This document shows positions 1 to 9,238 of a stretch of 64,000 nucleotides of DNA, one piece after another (the first letter of the stretch is position 1; each line of letters starts with the position of its first letter). Under the pieces are notes generated by a model that saw nothing but the letters and a program-made list of their open reading frames with translations, made no database searches and was not told the origin of the DNA. Made by a program: the position numbers and the translations under genes. Source of the DNA: an uncultured archaeon (lineage in GTDB: Archaea; Thermoplasmatota; Thermoplasmata; Thermoplasmatales; Thermoplasmataceae). The DNA lies in contig CP009479.1 of the NCBI GenBank assembly GCA_000965745.1, positions 384,001-448,000 on the forward strand, written 5' to 3'.

Positions 1-893
1 AAAACATACAGAAACTGAAATCATTCGTCAATGCTAAGGAGCTGCCGCACCTCATATTTGCAGGGCCGGCAGGTACCGGAAAGACATCAGCGGCGCTTGC
101 ACTTTCAATCGAGCTGTTCGGAGAAAACTACAAGGAGAACCTTCTTGAACTCAACGCATCAAACGAGCGCGGAATAGACGTAATCAGGGAAAATGTGAAG
201 GATTTTGCAAGGATAAAGCCTTCCAACGAGCTTGGCTTCAAGATCATATTCCTTGATGAAGCTGACCAGCTTACCTCAGAAGCGCAGGCTGCCCTAAGGA
301 GGACCATGGAGCTCTACTCCTCAACCACACGTTTCATATTTTCGTGCAACTACTCCTCGCAGATCATCCCGCCGATCCAGTCGAGGACTGTAGTTATGAG
401 GTTCAGGCCGCTAATCCCGGACCAGATGAAAAGCAGGCTAAATGATATTGCCAGGAAGGAGGACTTCACAATTGACGAGGATTCGCTAACGGCGATTACA
501 GAGATCTCTGAAGGTGATATGAGGAAGGCCCTGAACATACTTCAGGCAATATACTCGTCCGGCGAAGTTTCCGCGAGAAGGATCTATGAGATTGCAGGAT
601 ATGCACAGCCCTCCGACTTCAAGAAACTTCTTTCAACTTCGATTTCAGGCCTGTTTGATGAAGCACGTGCAGTACTTGACAGGATGCTCATTGAAGACGG
701 CCTCTCAGGCATGGATATCGTAAAGGGCCTCCACTCCTATGTAAGGAAAGAGCCGATAGCCCCGAGGCAGAAGATAGAGATCATAATGGCTCTAGCAGAA
801 GCTGAATTCAGGATTGTAGAGGGTTCCAGCGACAACATACAGCTTGATGCTCTTCTCGCCAAGATTGCATACATAGGCAACGAATACAGCTAA
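1..893 (+). CDS. rfcS: Replication factor C small subunit (5'-truncated by window edge)
   Basis: The frame is open from the window start: NIQKLKSFVNAKELPHLIFAGPAGTGKT (Walker A), ELNASNERG, IFLDEAD (Walker B), QAALRRTME, IQSR. These are clamp-loader motifs. Confidence 0.95.
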   Translation, partial: NIQKLKSFVNAKELPHLIFAGPAGTGKTSAALALSIELFGENYKENLLELNASNERGIDVIRENVKDFARIKPSNELGFKIIFLDEADQLTSEAQAALRRTMELYSSTTRFIFSCNYSSQIIPPIQSRTVVMRFRPLIPDQMKSRLNDIARKEDFTIDEDSLTAITEISEGDMRKALNILQAIYSSGEVSARRIYEIAGYAQPSDFKKLLSTSISGLFDEARAVLDRMLIEDGLSGMDIVKGLHSYVRKEPIAPRQKIEIIMALAEAEFRIVEGSSDNIQLDALLAKIAYIGNEYS

Positions 894-902
894 CCGGAAC
901 AT

Positions 903-2498
903 CTATTCAAAATCGAAGAGGTCCATTTTTTCCTTCTTCTTTGGTTCGGCTCTTTTCTTTGGCTTTTCGGGTTCGTATGTGGTTTCATACCTCTTTATGT
1001 TGGATTTCATGCTGGTCTCCTTCCTGAGGCTTGAATAATAATAGCCTGTGTCCCTTGAACCTTCGTACAGGAGGATGAAGACGTCACCGGCATGTTTTCT
1101 TCCCGTCCTTCCACGGCGCTGTATTGACCTTATCTCAGAAGGAACGGGCTCATAGAAAATCACACGGTCTGTGCTTGGGATGTCAAGCCCCTCTTCAGCG
1201 ACGCTTGTGGCAACCAGAACGTTGTATTTTCCCTGCCTGAAGTCATTGAGTATCTCTTCCTGCATCTTCTGGTTCATACCTTCGTCATCCTCCTTGCTTG
1301 CCTGCCCCACGAACCTCACAGGACGGATGTGGCTGGAATTTTCCTTGAAGTATGACGTAAGGATGTCAGATGTTTTCCTGAAGTGGGTAAATACTATTAT
1401 CCTTGATTCGGGGTTCTGTGACAGAACCTCCTCGCTGAGGTCCATTGCCGCCTTCATCTTGGGGCTCGATTTCTCTGTCTCCACACAACTCCTCAGTTTC
1501 GTCATGAGTATCTCAAAGTCATCGCTGTTCCTAAGAAGGGTGGCAGTCCGCTTCAGGGTCTTTTCCTCACTGTTCAGTATGCTCATGATGTAGTCATAGG
1601 CGATCTGGACTCCCTGGCTTTCGAGGTATTCTATGGCATAATCTATCCGAATGGCTGCAGATAGGTATGGTATGAAGGAGAACAGGGCTTTCTCTCCCGC
1701 CTTGGCCCTTTCTATGAGATCGGGAATTTTTGACGCCAGAACCTTTCTGGACATGTTTGTCGACCTCAGTATCTGATGGGACTTCAGTTTGTTTACAAGC
1801 TGGTTGAAGAGAGCCTTCAGGTATGGCGAGGTATCTGTGACGCTTTTGGGCAGCCTGATCTTGACAACGTTTAGTTTGATCTCATTTACGTATTTCTTGA
1901 CATCAGGTGAATTCTCATCCTTGATCAGGACTTTCTCTATACCCAGCGCCTTGGTCACCTCATCGAATTTCTTCCTGTCACCTCCCGGGCTTGCAGTGAT
2001 GGCAAGTATGAGCCTCTTCCTGGCTTCCAGGTAACTCGAGGCTACGTGGACATAGGCATAATTTCCTGTTGCCCTGTGTGCCTCGTCAAAAACAATTATC
2101 CCGAACTTGGAAATATCAACTGTGCCGTTCCTGAGGTCATTGCTCACAACCTGTGGTGTTGAGACGACCACCTTCGAGGAGACCCATTTTATGAGCCTGT
2201 CCTCGTTGTCGACTTCCCCTGTGAACTTGGTTATCTCGTTTTCATTGAGAGAGAGCAGCTTCTTCATGGTTTCATAGTGCTGCCCAACCAGTGGCTTGGT
2301 TGGAGCCATGAAAAGTGCCTTTCCTGAACCTTCCTCAAGAATTTTCGCTATGACCATTGCTGCAATTATGGTCTTTCCCAGTCCTGTTGGAAGCACAATA
2401 AGCGTATTCTGGTTCACCGCTTCATCATAAAGATTGGTCTGGTATTCCCTTGGCTCTATGACTTTTTTAGACAGAAGCGGGTTGTCCACACCCTTCAA
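903..2498 (-). CDS. hef: Hef/FANCM(Mph1)-family SF2 helicase, helicase portion only
   Basis: EPREYQ, LPTGLGKT, DEAHRATGNYAY, TASPG, ATSVAEEGLDIP and QRRGRTGR motifs. There is no C-terminal ERCC4 nuclease domain. Confidence 0.9.
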   Translation of the reverse strand: MKGVDNPLLSKKVIEPREYQTNLYDEAVNQNTLIVLPTGLGKTIIAAMVIAKILEEGSGKALFMAPTKPLVGQHYETMKKLLSLNENEITKFTGEVDNEDRLIKWVSSKVVVSTPQVVSNDLRNGTVDISKFGIIVFDEAHRATGNYAYVHVASSYLEARKRLILAITASPGGDRKKFDEVTKALGIEKVLIKDENSPDVKKYVNEIKLNVVKIRLPKSVTDTSPYLKALFNQLVNKLKSHQILRSTNMSRKVLASKIPDLIERAKAGEKALFSFIPYLSAAIRIDYAIEYLESQGVQIAYDYIMSILNSEEKTLKRTATLLRNSDDFEILMTKLRSCVETEKSSPKMKAAMDLSEEVLSQNPESRIIVFTHFRKTSDILTSYFKENSSHIRPVRFVGQASKEDDEGMNQKMQEEILNDFRQGKYNVLVATSVAEEGLDIPSTDRVIFYEPVPSEIRSIQRRGRTGRKHAGDVFILLYEGSRDTGYYYSSLRKETSMKSNIKRYETTYEPEKPKKRAEPKKKEKMDLFDFE

Positions 2499-2584
2499 TG
2501 TTCACTAAATATAAAAATTAGTCAGATAGGTTCTGACTAATGAAGGGAACCTTATAATACCCTCATTTGTATTAATTACTGATT

Positions 2585-3829
2585 TTGATGTCCGATACCC
2601 CTCCTATTACGGTAATCGATTCCCAGGAAAAGCTGAAGAAGCATTTTGTTTCAATTCCCAAGTCTGGCTCGTGGCTCAAGGGCATCAATTCATCCCAGAT
2701 TGAGGAAACTGCATCCCGAATAGTCAAATGGTCGCCTGGATCAAGAAACAATATTTTTCTGGTAAAGAGCCATGAAAGCAGGTACAGGGAAGCTACTGCC
2801 TTTCTCATCCTGAGCAAGTTGATTTCTGGTGGCAAGAGGGTCCTTATTCCAACCGCCAAAGCTGAAAATTTAGACGAGAAAGGGCTGTTCGGGAATGGTG
2901 ATGTGCTGTTTCTTAATGCTGCGGAAAGCAATACCGGCAATGGCTTGAGGTGGGAAGATCAAAGCAGGCTTTTAGGGGATATCTGGACCGGAAGAGCGAG
3001 TGACAAATTATTGAATATTCCCATAGTTGCACTAAGCGATCTCGATGGTGAAGAAAAGCAAGAGACAAAGATTCCACCGTACGTTGAGGGCCATATGGCA
3101 CCTTCGAGGAGTGACTGGAGAATCACACTATCTGTTGGGTTCATCCTGTTTGCAGCAGAATTCCTCCTAATGGCCATAGCCAACGGCATAAAGGGAGGGC
3201 TTGGAATTGCGGGGATCGGCTATCGCCAGTACTACAGCAACCAGTTTATGAATTTCCTTGTTTATGGCCAAGTGGAGACTTCCCCTTACAACTTCTTACT
3301 CATATATCCATGGTTTACGATTATAGGTTTGGCCTTGATCCTGATCTCGAGAAAATTCGTTGACAGGAGAACCTACAGGCTTTTCATCTACGCAACAGTA
3401 CTGTGGGTCGTTGGAACCATTGGCGTGACTCTTGCCTTCAATTTCACATTCTTCGGCCCTTTTAGCGGCAATGTATTTTCCAGGACCGTGCCAGCGTTGA
3501 TCTACGAAATCGGAATAAATTCCAGCCAGAGCGTCTTCGTTTCCCTGACCTACGCCCTCTTAATAGTCAGGTTTGCAAAATATCGTCAAAAGATCATCCT
3601 CATGATAGTGTCTGCAGGTTATGTTGCGGTAACTGCATTACAGTCCAGTGTGGTTGCCTTCAATGGGCCGGGCGCTGTGATTAGACCGGGATATGCAACG
3701 ATGCCTAGTGTATATCAGATAATAAGCTACGTGCTGTTTACGTTTTTATTCACAGCCTACTTCGTTCTGTTTTTGAAGTTAGATCTTTATTCTTCAAAGA
3801 ATCAGGGAAACCTGGTAATCAGAGATTGA
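2585..3829 (+). CDS. Hypothetical membrane protein (soluble N-terminal domain plus ~7 TM helices)
   Basis: 414-aa ORF with a hydrophobic C-terminal half. Its N-terminal domain resembles that of the next ORF. Confidence 0.75.
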   Translation: MMSDTPPITVIDSQEKLKKHFVSIPKSGSWLKGINSSQIEETASRIVKWSPGSRNNIFLVKSHESRYREATAFLILSKLISGGKRVLIPTAKAENLDEKGLFGNGDVLFLNAAESNTGNGLRWEDQSRLLGDIWTGRASDKLLNIPIVALSDLDGEEKQETKIPPYVEGHMAPSRSDWRITLSVGFILFAAEFLLMAIANGIKGGLGIAGIGYRQYYSNQFMNFLVYGQVETSPYNFLLIYPWFTIIGLALILISRKFVDRRTYRLFIYATVLWVVGTIGVTLAFNFTFFGPFSGNVFSRTVPALIYEIGINSSQSVFVSLTYALLIVRFAKYRQKIILMIVSAGYVAVTALQSSVVAFNGPGAVIRPGYATMPSVYQIISYVLFTFLFTAYFVLFLKLDLYSSKNQGNLVIRD

Positions 3830-3862
3830 CCCAGTTTATGCTTACTGGATCGAGGAGCTTGA

Positions 3863-5143
3863 ATGCGGAAACGAGATGTTATTATATTAATGAGCATTAA
3901 TCACATAACGGGCAGGACTGTGGAAGGCAGAAAAAATGCATATTGTACCGTAACGGATGAAGAGGCACTTTTGAGAAACATCCCTTCCGTAAGTAAAAAT
4001 AACAGTGGTTTTGCAAGGAAGAATTCAGAGCTTCTCGAAGAGGTGATATCCAAGATAGCAAACTGGAAACCGGATTCCGGGGATAACATCTTTCTTATTC
4101 AGAGTAAATTTCGGGAGGACCGCAATACACTGGCTTTTCTTGTGCTAAAGACGTTCATTGGAAAAGGTTTCAAAATACTTCTGATCAGCAATGGCGAGAA
4201 CTTAGAGGAGCCTTCGAATGAGCTTCTTTCAGGCAACGGCAAGGTTGTCATGCTGATAGATGCTTCAACCGGTTCTGATGAAAATGGTGAGAATTCCCCG
4301 CAGAAGCTCCTAAATCGAATAAGAATGGGTGCTGTGTCCAGTGAGATGAAAAGAGTGCCTGTTCTGGCCCTTTATGAAGGGGCAGATAGATTGGAAGAGG
4401 GCAGCGGGAGTAGGCCAGATGATGTGACAGTTGAAGGCTCCTCGAATCCCGGCACGAGGTCTGCGGCCTTTCTTCTTGGATATATCCTCATCTCTGTTCC
4501 CATATTTCTGGGGTTCATTTCACAGGCATACCCCACAATAGTTGAGTTCCTTGTGGACCCCTCCTCCCACTTCACTGTACATGGGACCGTCAACGTTGGA
4601 TTTGTCCTCACCTATTCCCTCTTCTATGTTATTACAATAATCTCTTTGCTCGGAGTTGCAGGCGCTATTATCACGTTCTTTTCCCGCAGGCATCTTTCAA
4701 GGAGAAAATACAGAATAATGTCTGCAGGACTTGTCCTACTCATCATCGGAATGTCAATCACCCCCTTCATAAACGTGTTTTTCTTCCAGAATCTTGTCAA
4801 CCACGGGTTGTTTGAAATCGAGACACTCCTCACACTTTCTCTTAGTTCTGTGGCATATTTGCTCCTAACTCTATGGTTTGTTGGAAAGAAACTGGGAGTT
4901 GCACTTGTGATCCTCATTGTCGCCAGATTTGCAGTTACCTCCATAATGAACTTGCTCCTGCAGGTTCCTGGCAGAGCCATTATGCCTTTGAATCTCCGGA
5001 TTTTAACACTTTTCCGAGTATCCGGTATGGTTCCGAGGATCATATTGCCAATTGCATCCGGAATGATGTTTGCAACGATGGTTTATATTGGGGTTAAATC
5101 CCACATAAAACCGGAGATTCTTGGATCTACGCAGGCTATGTAA
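3863..5143 (+). CDS. Hypothetical membrane protein, paralog of 2585-3829
   Basis: 426-aa ORF. IANWKPDSGDNIFLIQS aligns with IVKWSPGSRNNIFLVKS of the upstream ORF; multi-TM C-terminal half. The true start may be downstream. Confidence 0.75.
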   Translation: MRKRDVIILMSINHITGRTVEGRKNAYCTVTDEEALLRNIPSVSKNNSGFARKNSELLEEVISKIANWKPDSGDNIFLIQSKFREDRNTLAFLVLKTFIGKGFKILLISNGENLEEPSNELLSGNGKVVMLIDASTGSDENGENSPQKLLNRIRMGAVSSEMKRVPVLALYEGADRLEEGSGSRPDDVTVEGSSNPGTRSAAFLLGYILISVPIFLGFISQAYPTIVEFLVDPSSHFTVHGTVNVGFVLTYSLFYVITIISLLGVAGAIITFFSRRHLSRRKYRIMSAGLVLLIIGMSITPFINVFFFQNLVNHGLFEIETLLTLSLSSVAYLLLTLWFVGKKLGVALVILIVARFAVTSIMNLLLQVPGRAIMPLNLRILTLFRVSGMVPRIILPIASGMMFATMVYIGVKSHIKPEILGSTQAM

Positions 5144-5210
5144 CGGCGGATGCGCTTCTTTTCTGCAGTCGGCAATAAGTAGCGACATATTGCCAAGCGT
5201 TTTATATTGA

Positions 5211-6206
5211 GTGCGAGATTTGCAACTCATGCCTAATATAGAGCTGCTTAGAATAACGAGCAGAACGCTTGCGAAGAATCCTTTGAATGATCCTGCAGAA
5301 AGGGACCTTGTTTTATTCAAGCCCGAAGAGGTAAAGGAAGGTGCGCCTCTGCTCATTGGCCTTGCCGGTTTTGGAGGAGGCGCCAGGAGTTTCCTTAACT
5401 TTTCACCTCTATCAACGAATTTCACTGAGGTAGTTTCCAAACTTAGAAAATCCGGGGAGCTTAAGGATGCTATAATAGCGATTCCTGACTGCTTCACCTC
5501 CTACGGAGGCAATCAGTATGTCAATTCCAGCGCGATGGGAAATTATGAGGAGTTTATAACCAAGGAGCTTATTCCCGAAATGAAGGACAGGTTCAAAACC
5601 GGAAAGACGGGGGTTTTTGGAAAATCATCCGGTGGATTCGGGTCATACACCCTGGCGGTTCACAACCCCGAAATAATCAGCGGATTTGCGGACCATTCTG
5701 GAGATGCAGGTTTTGAATACTGCTACCTCCCTGACTTCCCAAACACCATAAAGGAGTTTAGAAAAGCGGGTGGGCCGAAAGAGTGGTTTGAGACGTTCCA
5801 GAAGAGCGTGAACAAGTCTGCCAAGAAGTTCATGGAGCCATTGAACATCCTGGCAATGTCCGCTTCCTACACTCCGAATCCTGATTCTGATACCATGATG
5901 ATCGATTTTCCCTTTGACCTCAAGACTGGCGAACTTCTGGACGACGTCTGGGAAAAATGGAAGAAATTCGATCCAGCTAGAACTATTTCCTGGAACTTGC
6001 AGAAAATCCGGGAAATGGATGCAGTATACCTTGATGTGGGATCAGAGGATGAGTTCAACATAAATATAGGCATGAGGAAGATGCACAGAGTGCTAGAAGA
6101 GAGCAAAGTTGAGCATTTCTTCGAAGAGTTTGAGGACGGTCATTTCAGCATTTCCTACAGGTATGAGAAGTCGCTGGCTTACCTTGCCGAGCACCTCTCA
6201 CAATGA
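5211..6206 (+). CDS. Alpha/beta-hydrolase, enterochelin-esterase-like
   Basis: GKSSGG nucleophile elbow, YLDVGSEDEF, and C-terminal EDGH catalytic His. Likely start is MPNIEL at 5229. Confidence 0.85.
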   Translation: MRDLQLMPNIELLRITSRTLAKNPLNDPAERDLVLFKPEEVKEGAPLLIGLAGFGGGARSFLNFSPLSTNFTEVVSKLRKSGELKDAIIAIPDCFTSYGGNQYVNSSAMGNYEEFITKELIPEMKDRFKTGKTGVFGKSSGGFGSYTLAVHNPEIISGFADHSGDAGFEYCYLPDFPNTIKEFRKAGGPKEWFETFQKSVNKSAKKFMEPLNILAMSASYTPNPDSDTMMIDFPFDLKTGELLDDVWEKWKKFDPARTISWNLQKIREMDAVYLDVGSEDEFNINIGMRKMHRVLEESKVEHFFEEFEDGHFSISYRYEKSLAYLAEHLSQ

Positions 6207-6291
6207 CATTTTTTATCTTTAGGTAAGCAGGTGCCCTTAAGTAGTGCAAATATTAACTACAACTTCAGGGATACAGAGCATAGTGCGACAA

Positions 6292-6363
6292 GGGCCGGTA
6301 GATCAGCGGTAGATCGCTTGCTTCGCAAGCAAGAGGTCTCGGGTTCAAATCCCGACCGGTCCA
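6292..6363 (+). tRNA. tRNA-Ala (anticodon CGC), intronless, CCA not encoded
   Basis: Cloverleaf: acceptor GGGCCGG/CCGGTCC with the G3-U70 Ala determinant, D stem GATC/GATC, anticodon arm CTTGC-TTCGCAA-GCAAG, T arm TCGGG-TTCAAAT-CCCGA, discriminator A. Confidence 0.97.
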
Positions 6364-6386
6364 TTTAATTTATTAATCGAATACTT
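6345..6386 (+). repeat. attL: tRNA 3'-end core plus internal arm TTAATTTATTAATCGAATACTT
   Basis: The core is identical to attR. The arm at 6365-6386 is a 19/22 inverted match to 23840-23861. Confidence 0.88.
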
Positions 6387-6412
6387 TTTATCTCAGTACT
6401 CGTTATGTTCTC

Positions 6413-7702
6413 ATGACCATGCAGCCGAAGTATCAGGAACTGCTTCTTGACGAGGACGTGCGCAGATGGTTTGAGAACCTCAAAGCAAAGTCGGTTCTCA
6501 CGGCAACAGTGGCATTGAGGAATCTTGGCCACTATTGCGAACTTACCCAGACAAATCCAAAAGAAATCCTGAAAAAAGCAGCGGCAGATGAGAAGGATTT
6601 TAGGTACGAATTCACGGATTTTGTCAGGAAGATGGAGAAAGAGGGCAAGGCAGGATCATACATTGCGAGGTTCAAGAAGGTCATTTTATCATGGCTGAAG
6701 TTTAATGGTATCGGTTTGCAGTTAACCGTTAACATATCCGGGGAAAACGAGACGCCGACAATAGTTAACGAAAGGGTGCCTAGCAAGGAAGAACTAGCCA
6801 GAATACTCAGGAAAGCCACCTCAAGAGGCAGGGTTGCCGTAGCAATCATGGGATTCTCTGGTCTCAGGCATGAGTCTCTGGGAGACTATGAAGGCACAGA
6901 CGGCCTCAGACTTGGAGATATCAAGGACCTGAGGATATCGGATGAAATCCAGTTTGACAAGACGCCAGCGATGATTCTGGTCAGGAACAAGTTGAGCAAG
7001 GCGAGGCACCAATATTTCTCTTTCATAGGAGAGGAAGGAGCCACTTACATCAAGGAATATCTGGAAGAACGGAGAAAGCAGGGAGAGGATTTAACCTACG
7101 AATCTCCATTACTGCAATTCGATGTCCGTGGAGTGAAAAAGAATGACTTCCTCCGAACCACCCTGGTGACAAGGGATATTAGAGAAGCAATAGAGAATTC
7201 TGGCTTGAAGATGCGCCCCTATGTACTAAGAGCATATTTCAGCACGGCTCTTGACATTGCAGAGGCAAAGGGCCTCACATCCCATCCATGGAGGCAGTTT
7301 ATTATGGGCCACAAAGGAGACATCGAGGCGAGATATAGCACAAACAAACGATTACCTCCGGAAGTTATAGAGGAAATGAGAGAGGCGTACAGAAAGAGCA
7401 CAAAGTTCCTTGAAACAAGATACAGCGAACTTGAGGAGGACAAAGCCAGAATGTATCTGCAACAGCAACTCTTGTCAGCAGTGGGCTACAAACCTGAAGA
7501 GATAGACAAGATGGATCTCGCTGACATCAGCAACGATGATTTCCAGAAGCTCCTAAGGGACAAGGTTGCAGGAGCCATGGCAAGCAACGGCTCGAAGCAG
7601 AGGCTCGTTCCCATGAACGAGATTGAGAAACTCCTAAGTGAAGGATATGAGTTCCAAGCAGTCCTGCCCAACGGAAAGGCTATAATGAAAATGCCGTTTT
7701 AG
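6413..7702 (+). CDS. Tyrosine recombinase/integrase, unsplit
   Basis: SGLR (catalytic R), LSKA (K), YVLRAYF (H/YxxR box), IMGH and ARY (catalytic Y). It lies directly beside attL. Confidence 0.9.
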   Translation: MTMQPKYQELLLDEDVRRWFENLKAKSVLTATVALRNLGHYCELTQTNPKEILKKAAADEKDFRYEFTDFVRKMEKEGKAGSYIARFKKVILSWLKFNGIGLQLTVNISGENETPTIVNERVPSKEELARILRKATSRGRVAVAIMGFSGLRHESLGDYEGTDGLRLGDIKDLRISDEIQFDKTPAMILVRNKLSKARHQYFSFIGEEGATYIKEYLEERRKQGEDLTYESPLLQFDVRGVKKNDFLRTTLVTRDIREAIENSGLKMRPYVLRAYFSTALDIAEAKGLTSHPWRQFIMGHKGDIEARYSTNKRLPPEVIEEMREAYRKSTKFLETRYSELEEDKARMYLQQQLLSAVGYKPEEIDKMDLADISNDDFQKLLRDKVAGAMASNGSKQRLVPMNEIEKLLSEGYEFQAVLPNGKAIMKMPF

Positions 7703-7707
7703 AGACA

Positions 7708-8223
7708 TTGCCATGCGATGAACACCCTGTAGAATTTGCAGTCAACTGTACCCGGTGCAAACTAATCTTAGACTTCATATGCGAAAGTAAAGACGAGGTC
7801 TCCACTAACCAATTATACGCTGCATTCCAGAGCAGGGAACACGGTTTGACAATGTCCCACCGTACGGTTGATAAGCATGTCAAGGAGTTAACGGATAATG
7901 GTTTTCTGCGAAGGTTCGTTGACAGCAAAACCGGTCAGGTAACACTGTTCGTTGACGTTTTTAACATCTATATCAGTATGACAAACAGGAAGTCTGAACT
8001 ACTTGAATCTTTAGCCCAGAAGTCAAAATATTTTCTGTACCAGTACGTTGAATCTAAGTCGGAATGGACTTACAAACTCGCCTATGACTGCCCCAAATGC
8101 GGTCAAAGTAAAATCATACCGAAATATGACAGATTCGTTTCTGAGGAGCACGACGGCACAATTATCACTTCTGTAAAATGGGAATGTCCATCCTGTGAAT
8201 ATGAAAGGCTGGAATACTGGTAG
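7708..8223 (+). CDS. Putative winged-HTH protein with CxxC Zn-binding motifs
   Basis: SHRTVDKHVKELTDNGFLRR is a wHTH-type segment. CTRC, CPKC and CPSC motifs are present. Confidence 0.65.
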   Translation: MPCDEHPVEFAVNCTRCKLILDFICESKDEVSTNQLYAAFQSREHGLTMSHRTVDKHVKELTDNGFLRRFVDSKTGQVTLFVDVFNIYISMTNRKSELLESLAQKSKYFLYQYVESKSEWTYKLAYDCPKCGQSKIIPKYDRFVSEEHDGTIITSVKWECPSCEYERLEYW

Positions 8224-8279
8224 CCTTGTTTTGCAAAGTATCTAAAACGATACAATACCCGGCATTCCATTATTAGTTC

Positions 8280-8468
8280 ATGCAGGAAAGTCAGCAAGGC
8301 AAAAGAGTCTCTATTCTGGAACTCAAAAGGAATTTTTTGGGAAAATTTCCTTCTCACCAGTTATCAAAGATACTCTCTGCAGAGCCGGATAGCCTTACGG
8401 GCGAAGAACTCCTGGCTAAGGCCCAGACATGGCTGGCTTTCTTCAAGGGAGATGATGGTACTGAGTAG
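8280..8468 (+). CDS. Small hypothetical protein (62 aa)
   Basis: ATG-started ORF heading an overlapping gene chain running from 8280 to 11113. Confidence 0.6.
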   Translation: MQESQQGKRVSILELKRNFLGKFPSHQLSKILSAEPDSLTGEELLAKAQTWLAFFKGDDGTE

Positions 8469-8820
8469 GAAACAGAGAGTTGTTTTAAGCAAGAATGAGC
8501 CGGATTATGGCGAAAGCGTACCGCAAGAGATCGTGCATTACGAGATAGCCAATCCGCAGAAAAAAGGCACAATAGAGAGGCTTCAGGAAACGGTTATCGA
8601 CAATACGGTTAACCGTTACGAGCTTGAAGACCGAAGGCAGATAGCAGCCATACGAGAATTCATGGAGCGGAATCCCGACATTAGTTACGTGGAATACGAG
8701 TCAAATCCTGTGCTACGGATGGACCTCGTGATAACGAGACGCGGTCTTATTTTCAAACGTGAAGAAGCCTCAATATCCGCGACACTCACTCCAAACAGGA
8801 GATTCAAGGCCCAGAGGTGA
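8452..8820 (+). CDS. Hypothetical protein (122 aa)
   Basis: Overlaps the previous ORF, has a GGAG SD-like motif upstream, and its stop lies within the GAGGTGA SD of the next gene. Confidence 0.7.
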   Translation: MMVLSRKQRVVLSKNEPDYGESVPQEIVHYEIANPQKKGTIERLQETVIDNTVNRYELEDRRQIAAIREFMERNPDISYVEYESNPVLRMDLVITRRGLIFKREEASISATLTPNRRFKAQR

Positions 8821-8823
8821 GTT

Positions 8824-9231
8824 ATGGGGTTTGAAGAGAAGGCAGGCCTTATCTGCGTCACTTGGAGCATTTTTCTCATACTTTCCATCATCTTCATACC
8901 ACCCGTCTGGCACGGATTCCTGTGGCTTCTGGCCTCTGGAAACATCTTCTTCAAGGTCTTGGGCTTAATCGGCATAACAACGGCACTGGTCGGTCTCATG
9001 ATAATCCTCTACAATACGATATCCTACATCGTCTATGCCCTAATCATTGCGTTCTCAGTAGGGACGCCAGCTATGGCACTATACCATTTCCTAGGGCTGG
9101 AACATTCAATTGTTATAGCACTGATTATAGCGTTAATCGTGATCCTGTACCTGCTGGAAACGAGAACAGTCAGGGTTGAACACCATACTGTAACTGTGAG
9201 TCTGCATAGGCGACTTGTGGTAAAAAAGTAG
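8824..9231 (+). CDS. Small multi-TM membrane protein
   Basis: GAGGTGA SD upstream; about 4 hydrophobic segments; directly upstream of the ATPase gene. Confidence 0.75.
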   Translation: MGFEEKAGLICVTWSIFLILSIIFIPPVWHGFLWLLASGNIFFKVLGLIGITTALVGLMIILYNTISYIVYALIIAFSVGTPAMALYHFLGLEHSIVIALIIALIVILYLLETRTVRVEHHTVTVSLHRRLVVKK

Positions 9232-9238
9232 CAAGAAA

